Virus record (IMG/VR): IMGVR_UViG_2934807906_000003
Location: 1,944 to 65,943 of that record
Strand: one strand, 5' to 3'
From: a virus
Taxonomy: Duplodnaviria > Caudoviricetes
Length of the DNA: 64,000 nt
The notes under the pieces were generated by a model, which saw nothing but the letters and a program-made list of their open reading frames with translations, was not told the DNA's origin and did not search any database. The first letter of the stretch is position 1. The number at the start of each line of letters is the position of its first letter. A program made the translations under genes and the position numbers. Below are positions 7,900 through 18,456 of the stretch, one piece after another.

Positions 7900-7923
7900 G
7901 CCCCACCGCCGTAGCGGTGGGGC
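7900..7923. terminator. Bidirectional terminator between convergent genes
   Basis: GCCCCACCGC-CGTA-GCGGTGGGGC. Confidence 0.7.
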
Positions 7924-7942
7924 TGCTCGCACTCCAGTTCTC

Positions 7943-8293
7943 TCACACGTCGTGGTCGATGAACTCGCGAGCCTTGGGAGGAACCGGGGGTGCGGCCGGC
8001 GGCTCCATGCCGAGAGACCGGATGTGGACGCTCAGCCCGCGGACTCTGTCGATGAGGTAGCCGACGGCGACGAGGGCGCCCTCGACGCGCTTCTCGGCAA
8101 GGTTGGCTTGCTCGCGCAGGGCGTTGATCTCGCCGCCCTGCCGCAGCAGTTCCTTGTCCATCCGGTCGGTGACGGCGGCGAAGTCGTCCCGCGATTCCTG
8201 CCTCTTCGAGCGCCGCGCTGCTCGCCCGGCGAACGCGCTGGCTACGGCAGCTGCGCCGGTGAGTCCGACCTGAGCCCACGTCTCAGCATTCAT
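7943..8293 (-). CDS. Lysis-cassette membrane-anchored coiled-coil protein
   Basis: N-terminal hydrophobic helix then coiled coil; last gene of the lysis cassette. Confidence 0.7.
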   Translation of the reverse strand: MNAETWAQVGLTGAAAVASAFAGRAARRSKRQESRDDFAAVTDRMDKELLRQGGEINALREQANLAEKRVEGALVAVGYLIDRVRGLSVHIRSLGMEPPAAPPVPPKAREFIDHDV

Positions 8294-8717
8294 AGGGTGG
8301 CTCCGCTTTCTTGGTGCGGGACGGCTCGGGCCACCCGGCAACCACGAGGACCGGGGCGGTAATCACCGCCCACACGGCTGCCGCTACCCAGCCGCGGGGG
8401 TAGCCCCCCGAGAGCCAGGCAGCGAGGTACGACACCATCCACGGCACCACCACGAGTGGCAGTACGAGGAAGGCGGCAGCGTCACGGCCCGGCGGAGCCC
8501 ACGCACATACGAGCGCCACAACGCCCGCAACGATCCAGCACCAACCCCAGTAGTCCAGGGGTCGGATGCTCAGTACAAGCTGCAGCCCGCGCTGGTCTGG
8601 CTGGGGAGTCGTCAGCTGCCCATATCCGTAGAGGAGCCAGACGAGCCCATAGCTGGAGAGGATTGCGCCGCGGCGGCCCAGCTGACGCCTGAGCCGCCGG
8701 ACCGCACGGCACTTCAC
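8283..8717 (-). CDS. Lysis-cassette membrane protein (about 4 TM)
   Basis: Several hydrophobic segments; follows the holin. Confidence 0.7.
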   Translation of the reverse strand: MKCRAVRRLRRQLGRRGAILSSYGLVWLLYGYGQLTTPQPDQRGLQLVLSIRPLDYWGWCWIVAGVVALVCAWAPPGRDAAAFLVLPLVVVPWMVSYLAAWLSGGYPRGWVAAAVWAVITAPVLVVAGWPEPSRTKKAEPPYEC

Positions 8718-9074
8718 CTACACGCTCCGGACCGGCGCCACGGCTGTGGCCGGGGCGGGCGCGGTGATCTGCGTTCGGTCCCACATGGCGACGACGGCGG
8801 CTGCTGCGGCGAGGACGACGGCCTGCTGCTCGGCGGACCAGTCGAGGCCGAAGCCGACGGCGAGCGCGAGGGCGGCCTGGGCGAAGCCGACGACCGCGGC
8901 ACCGATCGCGTCACCCGCGATGATGGCGAGGATCAAGCCGACGAGGGCCGCGGCGACCGCGTTGATGACGGCCTGCTGCTCGGCGGAGACGTGAACGCCG
9001 AACGCGGCGAGGAGCTTCACGCCGATGGCGACGAGGCCGAGCCAGAGCGCCGGCTCGCGGTGGAAGATCTTCAT
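8718..9074 (-). CDS. Holin
   Basis: IF.REPA start, repeated SAEQQAV, R.Q.T.P terminus; directly follows the endolysin. Confidence 0.8.
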   Translation of the reverse strand: MKIFHREPALWLGLVAIGVKLLAAFGVHVSAEQQAVINAVAAALVGLILAIIAGDAIGAAVVGFAQAALALAVGFGLDWSAEQQAVVLAAAAAVVAMWDRTQITAPAPATAVAPVRSV

Positions 9075-9077
9075 GGG

Positions 9078-9965
9078 TCAGACCGCCTTCGGGGTGGCTG
9101 CGGGGGCTACGGTCACGGTCACCTTGAGGGTGCCGTCGGCGAGGGCCTGCCCGATCTCGGCCGGGGTCATCTTGCACTTCGCCGGCAGCGCGGCGAGGAC
9201 CGCGTCGTAGGCCGCGAACTTCGAGTGGAGCGCAGGCACGACGTTGGCCAGCGGGTGGCCGCCGCCGGGCACCTCAGGGGTCGGGGACATGCTCTGGTTG
9301 AGCCAGTACAGGACGGAGTGTGCGACGTCGTCCGGGGTGAAGCCGGCCATGGGGTCCTCCTCGATGGGGGCGGTTGGTGTGGTGGTTGCGGCACCGGCGG
9401 CCAGGAGCGCCGTGCGGTCGATCGCGCCGGGGTCCCAGTGGTCGTTTCCGGGCACGTTGGAGTGGCCGTAGTGGCCGCCGCGTGTGAGCCAGGTGTTCAG
9501 CGGGCGCGGCGAGTCGTCGCTGTACGACTGGGCGAGGCGCCCGGCAGGCCACTCGTCGGGGATGCCCCAGGAGCGGATCGCGCGGAGCAGGGCCTGGAAG
9601 TTCTTGCCCGGCTTCCAGTAACCGGTGAACGCGGTGCCCGCCTTGGCCATGACCTCGACCTGGATGCAGACGCGGCCTGTCCGGTTGGTGCGGACGCTCC
9701 CCGCGTTGACGAGGGCCTTGGCCGACTGGTTGAGGGGCCCGAACTGGCCGAGCATGTCGGTCTTCGGGTCGTACAGGATGTGGGGCTCGTAGTTCTCCGA
9801 CATCAGGTAGTCGGCGGTCCCGTAGAAGGCGTCCGCGCTGCCGGAGCTGCCCTCGGTCGTGTGCCAGACCACGCGCGGCGGATTGCCCGGGGTGTCCATG
9901 GCGCCGGCGCCCGCGATGTTGCCGTCCCCGAGCCGGATGGCTTCGGGGATCCAGATCTCGCCCAT
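9078..9965 (-). CDS. Endolysin, N-acetylmuramoyl-L-alanine amidase (Amidase_2)
   Basis: VVWHTTEG, IQVEV, HYGHSNVPGNDHWDPG Zn-amidase motifs; CAGGAGG RBS. Confidence 0.9.
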   Translation of the reverse strand: MGEIWIPEAIRLGDGNIAGAGAMDTPGNPPRVVWHTTEGSSGSADAFYGTADYLMSENYEPHILYDPKTDMLGQFGPLNQSAKALVNAGSVRTNRTGRVCIQVEVMAKAGTAFTGYWKPGKNFQALLRAIRSWGIPDEWPAGRLAQSYSDDSPRPLNTWLTRGGHYGHSNVPGNDHWDPGAIDRTALLAAGAATTTPTAPIEEDPMAGFTPDDVAHSVLYWLNQSMSPTPEVPGGGHPLANVVPALHSKFAAYDAVLAALPAKCKMTPAEIGQALADGTLKVTVTVAPAATPKAV

Positions 9966-10018
9966 CGGCGATACCTCCTGGGCATGCGAAAGCCTCGGTC
10001 GAGCCGGGGCTGGGTTGG

Positions 10019-10399
10019 TCAGGTGAGGGCGACGTCGGCGGCGTCGAAGTGGGTGGAGAAGTTGCTGTAGTGGCGGAGTACGACCTGGTGGCCGGCAGCC
10101 GTATACGGCTGGGCCAGGTCGACCGCGGTGCGGGGACCGCCGATGTAGTCGCCGGCGTTGTGTGGCCAGCCGGGAATGTCGGGGTCGCTGGTGATGGCGT
10201 ACACCACCCACTGGGTGCCCTCAGCCGTCGTGCGGGCCAGGGCCATCAGCCACAGCTCGCCGTACACGGTGTCCTGCCCTGACTGGGGCGGGGATGCTGC
10301 GCCGGCACGGCCGGTGCGGTACTCCTCCTCGGCGTAGGCGTCGAGCGCCGCGGTGAACGCGGGCCCGGTCAGGTTGCCGAGGGTGTTGACGAAGCGCAC
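10019..10399 (-). CDS. Hypothetical protein at the end of the tail module
   Basis: MRFVNTLGNLTGPAF... coding-like portion of the ORF; position. Confidence 0.55.
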   Translation of the reverse strand: MRFVNTLGNLTGPAFTAALDAYAEEEYRTGRAGAASPPQSGQDTVYGELWLMALARTTAEGTQWVVYAITSDPDIPGWPHNAGDYIGGPRTAVDLAQPYTAAGHQVVLRHYSNFSTHFDAADVALT

Positions 10400-10407
10400 G
10401 AGGCCCC

Positions 10408-10863
10408 CTAGCGAACGGCACGGATGAGGCGGACCTGGGCGGCCACGCTGTTGCCGCCGCCGGTGCGCTGGGCTTCGACGGTGAGGGTGTACTCGGCGCC
10501 TGCGGCCACGCCGTGTACGTCCGTGTAGTCGAACGGATCGCCGGCCGCGGTGGTTGGGCCCCACTGCACGCCGTTGATCAGGACTCTCACGTTTCCGGTG
10601 GTGCCGGAGCCGGCCGTCGTTGTGAGTGCCAGCCGCAGGGAGGAGCCCCAAGCCACGTTGGAGCAGGATGCGATCGTGACGTAGCCCGCCGAGGTCGTCT
10701 GCGGCCACACCGCGGGATCCGCCGGCAGTGGCGGCAGGAGACCGTCCGCGGCCGACAAGTCCGGCTGCTGGGCGCGCAGCTCGTCGAGGTCCCGCCGCAG
10801 CAGGGCCAGCCGCCGGCCGAAGTCGCTGAGGTCTGGGGGCAGCTGCTCGAGGCGCCGGTTCAT
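10408..10863 (-). CDS. Minor tail protein
   Basis: Short coiled coil then beta-rich domain; coupled to the upstream gene. Confidence 0.7.
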   Translation of the reverse strand: MNRRLEQLPPDLSDFGRRLALLRRDLDELRAQQPDLSAADGLLPPLPADPAVWPQTTSAGYVTIASCSNVAWGSSLRLALTTTAGSGTTGNVRVLINGVQWGPTTAAGDPFDYTDVHGVAAGAEYTLTVEAQRTGGGNSVAAQVRLIRAVR

Positions 10864-11939
10864 GCATCCTCCAGCAGCGTCGGGGTCAGCCGGTTCGAGG
10901 CCACGTCCAGGGACCATGCGTAGGCGCGGGCGATTGTCTGGATGCCGGCCGGATGCCGCGGGGAGGAGGTGACATCCAGGCGGATGCTGTCGCCGAGGAC
11001 CCAGTCGACGCCGAGCCGCGGTGCCTGCGAGGCGACCGCCTCAAGAGCCCAGGCTCGGGAGCCGGTCCCCATCAGAGCCAGGGCCTCGGCCGCGTGCCGG
11101 TCGAGCTGGGACGTGTCCGTGATCCCGGACGCTGGAGTAAAGCGTTCCTCCCACAGCGCCCACGAGTTCGCGAGGAGGTCGTCGGCGGTGTGGACGCTGC
11201 TCGAGGCGCGGGCATCGCTGGAGCGTTCGCCGCGGGCGATGACTCGGGTTGCGCCGGAGCCCTTCTCGTATGACTCAGTGAGGCTGTATCGAGTCATACA
11301 GCCCGGCAGGTCGAACACCGCGGCTGGGAGGTCGCTGATCGTGCCGATCGTCGGGGCGATCCGCAGGACCAGCTGGAACTTCGTCTGGGCGGCGTCGCCC
11401 CAGATGGTGTCGATGACCCACTCGGGGCCGCCCTCCATCTGGGATACCTCCTGCACCCCGGACAGGATCGTGCGGTCCTCGTCGTCGGCCATCGTGTAGT
11501 CGATGAGGACGCCCGTGTCGGTCGTGTCGAGGATCAGCGGCGGGCCGTCCGTCAAAGCAGGGGTGGCAAGGGCTGCCATGACCGCGGTCTGGTCAACGCC
11601 GGTCGCCGTGTAGCTGCCGGGGTAGCGCCGATCCAGGTACACCTCGGCGGTCGCCGCGGTCAGGCTGACCTCGGGACCGGCTCCTCCGGACCGGACCAGG
11701 GTGATGCCCGACCACAGCGGGATGCCCGTCGCCGCGTCGACCGCGACCAACAGCGTGCGGCCCGGGTCCGTGGCCTCGGGCCAGCCGGCCGCAGCCCCCT
11801 CCACGACGAGGCTCCCCTGCACAGACGTCGACGCACCCAACTTTCGCGACAGGGCGCCCGCCTTGAACGACCGCAGCTCTTCGCCGATCCGCCCGGTCCG
11901 CAGGTCGCAGCCGTACCAGGCCAGCTCGACCGCGGCCAT
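10860..11939 (-). CDS. Minor tail protein (Gp37-like baseplate hub)
   Basis: CDLRTG.I.EEL start, PLWSG, DW.LGD; tail-module position. Confidence 0.8.
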   Translation of the reverse strand: MAAVELAWYGCDLRTGRIGEELRSFKAGALSRKLGASTSVQGSLVVEGAAAGWPEATDPGRTLLVAVDAATGIPLWSGITLVRSGGAGPEVSLTAATAEVYLDRRYPGSYTATGVDQTAVMAALATPALTDGPPLILDTTDTGVLIDYTMADDEDRTILSGVQEVSQMEGGPEWVIDTIWGDAAQTKFQLVLRIAPTIGTISDLPAAVFDLPGCMTRYSLTESYEKGSGATRVIARGERSSDARASSSVHTADDLLANSWALWEERFTPASGITDTSQLDRHAAEALALMGTGSRAWALEAVASQAPRLGVDWVLGDSIRLDVTSSPRHPAGIQTIARAYAWSLDVASNRLTPTLLEDA

Positions 11940-12982
11940 CAGGCCGACTCGTACTGAATCGACCAGTACAAGCGGGAGTTCGACGACGCCGCAGCAGGGG
12001 AGGTGTTGCTGACCTGGCCAGCGCTCGACGAGTTCGTGCTTGTTTTGACAACGAACACCATGGTTGTGCCACCCGAGTCGATCTGTCCCGCGCCCAGGTA
12101 GTCGTTAGCGAAGGCGACCGCGTAGTCCGCGACCCCGAACGTCACGATGCCGGCCGAAGCCGCGGCGACCGGCAGCGACATCGACCAGACGCCCGTCCCG
12201 CCGTTCGACGTCGACCCCAGGATGAGCGTGCCCAAGTAGTGGATCTGCTTGCCGACGCGCGTCCAGCGGGTCGTCAACGATCCGTTGCCGAGCGTCGGGT
12301 TGGTGGTGCTCGCGGTCCACGACGGGGTGTATGCGACGTAGTCGCCCTGCGCCGCCCACACCGACCCGGTCCAGTACTCGGGCACACCGCGAACGGTGTT
12401 GAAGCGGGCCTGCCCCGTGTACACGCCGGCGATGGCGATGTCCGTGGCCGAGGTCACGGGCAGGATGCCGCCCGGGGCAACCGTGACCTGCCGGATCGTG
12501 GACGAGATCGTCGACGACGACGCGCCGCCGCCGCCGGTGTTGGGGACGTTGATCGTGGCCAGCGGAATGTAGATGATCGTGCCGCCCGGAACCGGGATCG
12601 CCGGCGAGCCAGACGGCGTGCCCGTCAAGAGCACGGTGTCGGCCTTGTATAGGCCGGACGAGTCGACGGAGTTGTCCCAGATCCGGACGTAGACCAAGTC
12701 GACGCGAGCAAAAGTGGCGTTGGCGGCGGCGATCGTTCCCGGGCTGGTCGCAGCCAGTTGGAATCGGTACGAGCGCCCGGACCGAGTCGCGACACCGACG
12801 CCCGCGGTGACGTTTACCGTCGTCCCGCTGCGGCTCACCGCCAGGCCGATGTCGCCGGCGCGGATACCCGCACGCATGCCGCCGGCCGTGCCGTCGGCCA
12901 TGAACATCATCGTGTCCATCTTGCCGAGTTCGGTCTCGTCGTAGTTGAGGGTCGGGAGCCAGAGCGGATCGGTGGCAACCAC
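11939..12982 (-). CDS. Minor tail / receptor-binding protein
   Basis: RVDLVYVR, GTPSGSP..P, YTPSWT, TRWTRVGK fibre-like motifs; Ser/Thr/Gly-rich. Confidence 0.8.
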   Translation of the reverse strand: MVATDPLWLPTLNYDETELGKMDTMMFMADGTAGGMRAGIRAGDIGLAVSRSGTTVNVTAGVGVATRSGRSYRFQLAATSPGTIAAANATFARVDLVYVRIWDNSVDSSGLYKADTVLLTGTPSGSPAIPVPGGTIIYIPLATINVPNTGGGGASSSTISSTIRQVTVAPGGILPVTSATDIAIAGVYTGQARFNTVRGVPEYWTGSVWAAQGDYVAYTPSWTASTTNPTLGNGSLTTRWTRVGKQIHYLGTLILGSTSNGGTGVWSMSLPVAAASAGIVTFGVADYAVAFANDYLGAGQIDSGGTTMVFVVKTSTNSSSAGQVSNTSPAAASSNSRLYWSIQYESA

Positions 12983-12992
12983 GGTGGGCTCC

Positions 12993-13844
12993 TTACATCC
13001 AGGCTGACCGGACACTGCCGGTCAGCAGAGCGGCGGGATCGGACGAGTCGGCGTACCAGCCGACCTCGACCGCGGTACCGGGTGGGATCTCCGGCCACTG
13101 CCCGGACAGATACAGGCGCCGGGACGTCGTGCCGTTCAGGACGGCCGAGTGCAGGTCCGTGTCGATGACCAGCTCGTCGCCGACCTCGAGGGTGCTGCCG
13201 TACAGCAGCGCGCGGACCGTTCCGTCCGGGTACTGCACGGTGATCGTCGGATTGGTCACCGGTCCCTCGACCGTGAACGTCGGCCGGGTCGCGATGTTGC
13301 CCTCGTTGACGAGGGTGATACTGCCCGCGACAACCGTCGTCGAGATCGACAGCGGAACCGTGAGTGGAACTGTCAGGCCGCCGGTAGTCGACGGTAGAGC
13401 TGTCGACTGAGACTGCAGGGTGGTGCTGTACCGGCGGGGGTCAGCGGCCGTGACCATGGCGCTGTACGTTGCGCTGTACGGATTCACCAGCTCGACCAGG
13501 ACTTCGCCGCTGCGGCGTACTGTCACCTGTTTCGGGACGGTCTCCTCGACGACGAGGACCGTGTCGGTGAGGGCGACCGCGGTGTAGAGCTGCTCGATCG
13601 CCGCGTCCCTGGCTGCTGTCGTGGGGGCGGCGATGAGCCCCTCGATGGATATCGGTCTGGCGTCCAGGTAGGCGGGGGACGCCCAGGCGCCGTGGTCAGC
13701 TTGGCGGGGGTGGAGCTCTGCCCGAACTCCGGGAGAGCTCCACCCCTTGACCTTGGTGGGGAGCCAGGTCACTCCGGCGTCGTCAACGACGCTCAATGGG
13801 AGCGAGCCCAGCTTGATGGGGGTGCCGCCGAGCTGCACCGCCAT
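12993..13844 (-). CDS. Distal tail protein (Dit-like)
   Basis: Follows the tape measure gene; AADPRRY, N.GN..T.P, RSAWM terminus. Confidence 0.8.
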   Translation of the reverse strand: MAVQLGGTPIKLGSLPLSVVDDAGVTWLPTKVKGWSSPGVRAELHPRQADHGAWASPAYLDARPISIEGLIAAPTTAARDAAIEQLYTAVALTDTVLVVEETVPKQVTVRRSGEVLVELVNPYSATYSAMVTAADPRRYSTTLQSQSTALPSTTGGLTVPLTVPLSISTTVVAGSITLVNEGNIATRPTFTVEGPVTNPTITVQYPDGTVRALLYGSTLEVGDELVIDTDLHSAVLNGTTSRRLYLSGQWPEIPPGTAVEVGWYADSSDPAALLTGSVRSAWM

Positions 13845-13854
13845 GAGGCACCTC

Positions 13855-16800
13855 CTACGTGGTGAAGCTCATTCGCCGCTGCATCTCTGCCATCTGCTGC
13901 TCGGCCGTCAGCTGCGAACCGACGAGCGTCCAGTTGTAGGAGCGCTGATCGGGTGCCGACCTTCCACTGCTGGCAGCGGCGGTCAGCCGGTCCAGCTGGC
14001 CGGTCGTCAGGACGGGCTCCGGCCGGCCCGTCCCGTTGTAGGCAAGGTTCATGCCGGGCTGCAGGTAACCCCCCGAGTCGAAAGTCCCGAGGGCCGGCGC
14101 GAAGCCGTATCGGTCCTGGAAGAGGCTGTTGTTGTAGCCGCGCGCGCGGCTTCCGGTGATGACGCCTTCGCCGCCGCGGGACTCGACGTTCATTCCGGCG
14201 AGGGTGCCAGCAGTGTGCCCGACACCGTTGTTCGTGATGCCGATCATGAATGGGCTGCGAAGGTTCCGTTTCCATCCGGCCGGGGCCGTGTCTCCCTGGA
14301 AGGAGAACGTCGACCACAGTCGGCCCTTCGGGGACTGGCCCAGGATGACCTTCTGGATCCCGGACATGAAGCCGCTGCAGTCCCATGAGGGGTCACCGGC
14401 GCCGCCCCACTGGTAGGGCAGGCCTGCCTGCGACCGGGCGAAGGCCATTGCCGCGGCTACTGACCCAGACGCCGACCCGCCACCGATGAGGCCTTCAGCG
14501 GCGGCAATGACCTTTTCCTTCAGCTTCTTCAGCATCGTGATCGGGAACTGACTCAACGCCTGTGCCCATTGCGAGCCGGTCAGGTTGGATCCGATCTGGT
14601 CACGGATGAATTTCGTCGCGACGTCCCAGGCCTTGCTCGGGCTGGTCATGAACTCGATGCCGTCCATGAGGGCGCCGCCGATCTGCCGGGCCTTGCCCGA
14701 CAGCCAGTCAACGACTCCCCCGTCGGCGAACCGAGGGATGCCGACGGCGCCGCCCTTGGCGAACGCGGACCCACCGCGCGCGGCCTGGGCCCGCAGCGCC
14801 TCCACCGCCGCATGGCCTCCGGCGCCCTGAACCTCGGCCGCCGTCCATACGTGCTCGCCGTTGGAAAGCAGCGCGGGGATGGAGTCCGAGGTGGCGGTAC
14901 CGGCGCCGAAGACGGAGCCGCCTGTGGCGAAGGTGACCACGTCGAGTTTGCCCGCACCGGTGAAGTCCGCGATGGCGTTCCACACCTTGCGGATTCCGTT
15001 GTTGTAGACGGTATCGATGACGAATTGGACGGGCCGGCGGGTGATGTCCCTCAGGCCGTCCCAGATCCGACCGATGCCGCTGACGGCCGTGTCAAAGCTC
15101 GAGCGGACTGTGTCGACGCCCCGCGAGAGGCTGTCGAATGTGGGCTTGATCCAGTTCTGCCAAACCCACTGAACCGCGGTGCCGATGCCGTCCCAAGCGG
15201 GTTTGATCGCATTGCGCCACAGCCACATCGCCGCATCACCAACCATGCGACCACCTGCGACGATGGCGTCGAAGGCCGGCTTGAGGGCGTTATCCCACAA
15301 CCATTCCGCGCCGGCGGCGATCAACCTGAAGGTGGGGCCGATCGCCTCCCTCCACAGCCATACGGCAGCATCGCCGATGCCCCGGAAGGCAGGAGCGAAG
15401 ACGTTCTCCCACAGCCACATCGCAATCGCGGCCAAGGCCTTGAACGCCAGGTACAGCGGCGCGAAGACCAGCGTGAGTAGAACGGTGAGAAGGATGCGCC
15501 CTGCCTGCCAGATCCCTTCGAAGGCGGGCCGGATCGCGCTTTCCCACAGCCACATCGCCACAGACCCGAGGAACTGAAGCCCGGTCCAGATCGCGGCGAG
15601 GATGGGCTGCAGGATGGACCACACGTACTTGGCGCCGGCCTGGATGGCTTCCCAGGCGGCATTCACGGTATCCCTGAACCATCCCCAATGCTCGTAGGCG
15701 TAGACGACGGCCGCGACCAGCGCAACGATGGCGAAGATGATCAGAGTGATCGGGTTCGCGTTCATCACGAGGTTGAACGCGATCACCGCCAGCGTCCACA
15801 GCTTCGTGGCCACCCAAGCCGCATACATCAGCTGGATCAGCCACGGCATCGTCTCGGCGATGGAGCCGATCGCACTGAAGACAGCCCCAAGGGCCTGCAG
15901 CACCGGCCCGGACAGCGGGGAGGCCGCCCGCGCGACCTCGAAGAACGCGGAGCCGATGTCACCCAGCGCCCGCGCCAGGATCGGCGCCTGGGACGAGGAG
16001 TAGGACAGGAACCGCTCGAACTTGTCCGACCCCTTGAGGCCCGTGGCCCACTTGGCCCAGCGGCCCGTGATCTCCTGCATCCGCCCCGAGATGGAGTCCA
16101 TGTGGGGCAGGAACGCGTCCACGATGCCCGCGATGGTCTTGAAGACGTTGCCGAGGGCGACGCCCATCCCGATCGTGGCCGGCCCCACAGACTTGGCCAG
16201 GTCGGTCCGGAAGGACTGCCACCAGGGGGACTTGAACCCGGCGGACACCCGGTCCTGGAGTTCTCCGATGGCCTTGGCCGCGTTCAGGACGAACGGCGTC
16301 AGGCCGGGCAGGCTGTTCTTGACTCCCTCGAGAGCGCGGGTGAACAGCGGCATCACGGCAGGCTGCAACGACTCCGACCAGCCCTTGAACGCGGTACGCA
16401 GGGACTGGAATGCGTCGAAGGTTCCGCGAGCGCTGGGGGTCAGCTTGTCCAGGGCCGCCTGATAGTTGGCCTGCGCGAGGGCAGCCTGATCCACGCCTCC
16501 GGCCGCCGTGGCGGACGCAGAGGCAATCTGGCGCTGAGCGGATGCGATCGAGTCGGCCGCCTGCGCCGAGACGCGGGCGACGTTCTCCTGGGCCTTGGCG
16601 ACGGCTGCCTGGGCATCCGCGACGCCGCGGGTCCTGTCGGCGACCGTCTGCTGAGACTGGGCCAAGCGGTCCTGCGCCTGCTTGACGACCTGCGTTCCCT
16701 CGATGCCGGTCTTGCCGGCCTGCGCCTGCTCTTCAGCCAGGCGTTTTGTCTCGATGGTCTGCTGCTTGAGACGCTGGGTGGCCTGCGCGACCGCGAGGGC

Positions 16801-17976
16801 GGCGCGCTCCTTCTCCAGGGCGGTCGCCTTCGGATCCCCCTCCGCTTGGCTGCGGCGCTGCTGCGCCTCGGCCAGGGACAGTTCCGCATCCTTGACCGAG
16901 AGCTGGGCGTCCGCGTACCGAGTGGAGAGGTCTTCGAGCTGCTGCGCGGCCTCTTTCCTCGCCTGGGTCAGGTCTTCCTGAGCTCTGGCCGAGGCCTTCT
17001 GGGCGTCGGCGAGCTGCCGTTCGGCGTCGCCGACACCGCGTGCGGCCTGCCGAACCTGGTCATGCGCCGAAGCGATCTGCGCGGCGGCATTGCGCTGGGC
17101 CGAGGCGAGGGACTGCTGTGCGCCTGCCATCTGCAGGGCGCGGGATGCCGCCTGCGCTCCTGCCTGTGCGCCGCGGGCCGAGGCTGCGGTCGAGGCGTCC
17201 TGGGCCGCCTTCTGCGCTTGCAGGGCGCCCGCGATGTTGACGAAGGCCGGGGCGGCGACCGCCGCCAGGGCGCCGACTCCGACGGATGCGGCCACGGCGG
17301 CCGACCCGATTGCCCCGATACCGGCGGCGAGAACCGGAATGGCCGGCAGTACTGCGAGTCCGCCGATGGCCACGGTCAGCTGGAGAACGGCCGAGAGCGC
17401 GCCGGCCGTGTCGACATCGATGCGTGCCCGCTTGCCGTCGACCGCGTCGATCTCGGCGTGGACGAGAGCAAGCTGGGCGCGCGCCGCTGCGGTGTCGGCG
17501 CGCACCTGGACGTTCGGGTGTTCGGCGCCCAGTCGCCGTAGTTCGGCTTCGATCAGTCGGACTTCAGCGCGGGCTGCTCCGGCGTCGATGTCGATGCCGA
17601 TCCGCTTGTTGGCGAGGGTTTCCATGCGGACGCGGAGGGCCTGCAGATCCGAGTCGGCTTCCGAGGTGTCCGCGTCGATACGGATCTTCGGAAGGCTCCG
17701 AAAGGCAGCTTCCAGCCTGGTCTTGAGGCTGCGGGAGAATGCGCCGCCGGTCTCATCGCCCTGCCTGGTTGCCGACGGCCGGGCGGCGCGGGCCCCTCCC
17801 TCGATCGCGTCGCGGATCGCCGGGGCGATGCGGGTCTCCAGCCGACGGCCGATGATCCGCCCCATGTCGTCGCCGACCTGCTCCGCGGCAGGTACGAGAC
17901 CTGAGTGCAGGCGTGCGTAGATTCCCTGGGTGTTGGGGATGACGTCGACTTCGACCGAGCCCACGCTGATCGCCAC
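13855..17976 (-). CDS. Tape measure protein with C-terminal NlpC/P60 peptidase domain
   Basis: 1373 aa, Ala-rich, Trp-periodic repeats, LLSNGEHV, GLPYQWGG..WDCSG..GHTAG. Confidence 0.93.
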   Translation of the reverse strand: MAISVGSVEVDVIPNTQGIYARLHSGLVPAAEQVGDDMGRIIGRRLETRIAPAIRDAIEGGARAARPSATRQGDETGGAFSRSLKTRLEAAFRSLPKIRIDADTSEADSDLQALRVRMETLANKRIGIDIDAGAARAEVRLIEAELRRLGAEHPNVQVRADTAAARAQLALVHAEIDAVDGKRARIDVDTAGALSAVLQLTVAIGGLAVLPAIPVLAAGIGAIGSAAVAASVGVGALAAVAAPAFVNIAGALQAQKAAQDASTAASARGAQAGAQAASRALQMAGAQQSLASAQRNAAAQIASAHDQVRQAARGVGDAERQLADAQKASARAQEDLTQARKEAAQQLEDLSTRYADAQLSVKDAELSLAEAQQRRSQAEGDPKATALEKERAALAVAQATQRLKQQTIETKRLAEEQAQAGKTGIEGTQVVKQAQDRLAQSQQTVADRTRGVADAQAAVAKAQENVARVSAQAADSIASAQRQIASASATAAGGVDQAALAQANYQAALDKLTPSARGTFDAFQSLRTAFKGWSESLQPAVMPLFTRALEGVKNSLPGLTPFVLNAAKAIGELQDRVSAGFKSPWWQSFRTDLAKSVGPATIGMGVALGNVFKTIAGIVDAFLPHMDSISGRMQEITGRWAKWATGLKGSDKFERFLSYSSSQAPILARALGDIGSAFFEVARAASPLSGPVLQALGAVFSAIGSIAETMPWLIQLMYAAWVATKLWTLAVIAFNLVMNANPITLIIFAIVALVAAVVYAYEHWGWFRDTVNAAWEAIQAGAKYVWSILQPILAAIWTGLQFLGSVAMWLWESAIRPAFEGIWQAGRILLTVLLTLVFAPLYLAFKALAAIAMWLWENVFAPAFRGIGDAAVWLWREAIGPTFRLIAAGAEWLWDNALKPAFDAIVAGGRMVGDAAMWLWRNAIKPAWDGIGTAVQWVWQNWIKPTFDSLSRGVDTVRSSFDTAVSGIGRIWDGLRDITRRPVQFVIDTVYNNGIRKVWNAIADFTGAGKLDVVTFATGGSVFGAGTATSDSIPALLSNGEHVWTAAEVQGAGGHAAVEALRAQAARGGSAFAKGGAVGIPRFADGGVVDWLSGKARQIGGALMDGIEFMTSPSKAWDVATKFIRDQIGSNLTGSQWAQALSQFPITMLKKLKEKVIAAAEGLIGGGSASGSVAAAMAFARSQAGLPYQWGGAGDPSWDCSGFMSGIQKVILGQSPKGRLWSTFSFQGDTAPAGWKRNLRSPFMIGITNNGVGHTAGTLAGMNVESRGGEGVITGSRARGYNNSLFQDRYGFAPALGTFDSGGYLQPGMNLAYNGTGRPEPVLTTGQLDRLTAAASSGRSAPDQRSYNWTLVGSQLTAEQQMAEMQRRMSFTT

Positions 17977-17995
17977 AGGAGCCTCCTCCCGCGCG

Positions 17996-18456
17996 TCAGG
18001 CCGCGCCTCCGTTGATCAGTTCAAACAGTCGGCCGGCACCGGCCTCGGTGAGAACCGGCTTGGGGCGCCGGGTCATGACCCCGGGCCGGGCGATCGGTTC
18101 AGGCGGAGGCGGCCTCTTGCTCTTGCTGTCGGTGTTCGCGCAGATCAGCACGTACTCGACGCGGCGCAGGGCATCGATCGCCGAGGCCAGGAGCAGCTCG
18201 ACCTGGGACCAGCGCGCCTTCTCCGGCTCCCCGGAATCCGCCTGCTTGGCGAGCTCCTCGTCAGGCAGGGCTGCACGGAGCGCCGTCATGGTGGCGGACT
18301 CCGGTGGAAGCCCTTGGATGAGGACGCGCAGCCGCCTCGAGGTCAGTTCCCCGCGGTGGTAGGCCGCGAGCTGGTCGCCGTCGCGGGGGTAGTAGTGGGC
18401 AAGGTCGGCTTCTAGCGCTTCTGCGTGCGCCTCTGCGACCGATTGGGTCCACTGGA
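17996..18456 (-). CDS. Tail assembly chaperone, -1 frameshift extension
   Basis: Frame after GGGAAAG stays open (VQWTQSVAEAHAEALEADLAHYY...) into ORF 17996..18289. Confidence 0.8.

Noticed and set aside
14900-15700. Novel repeat element in the tape measure gene
   Set aside because: Trp-periodic 11/22-residue repeats are a normal tape-measure feature
15688-17541. Long antisense ORFs (also 26167-28050, 32709-34151, 47260-48945, 1652-3163)
   Set aside because: Shadow frames of real genes, expected in ~70% GC DNA; no recognisable motifs
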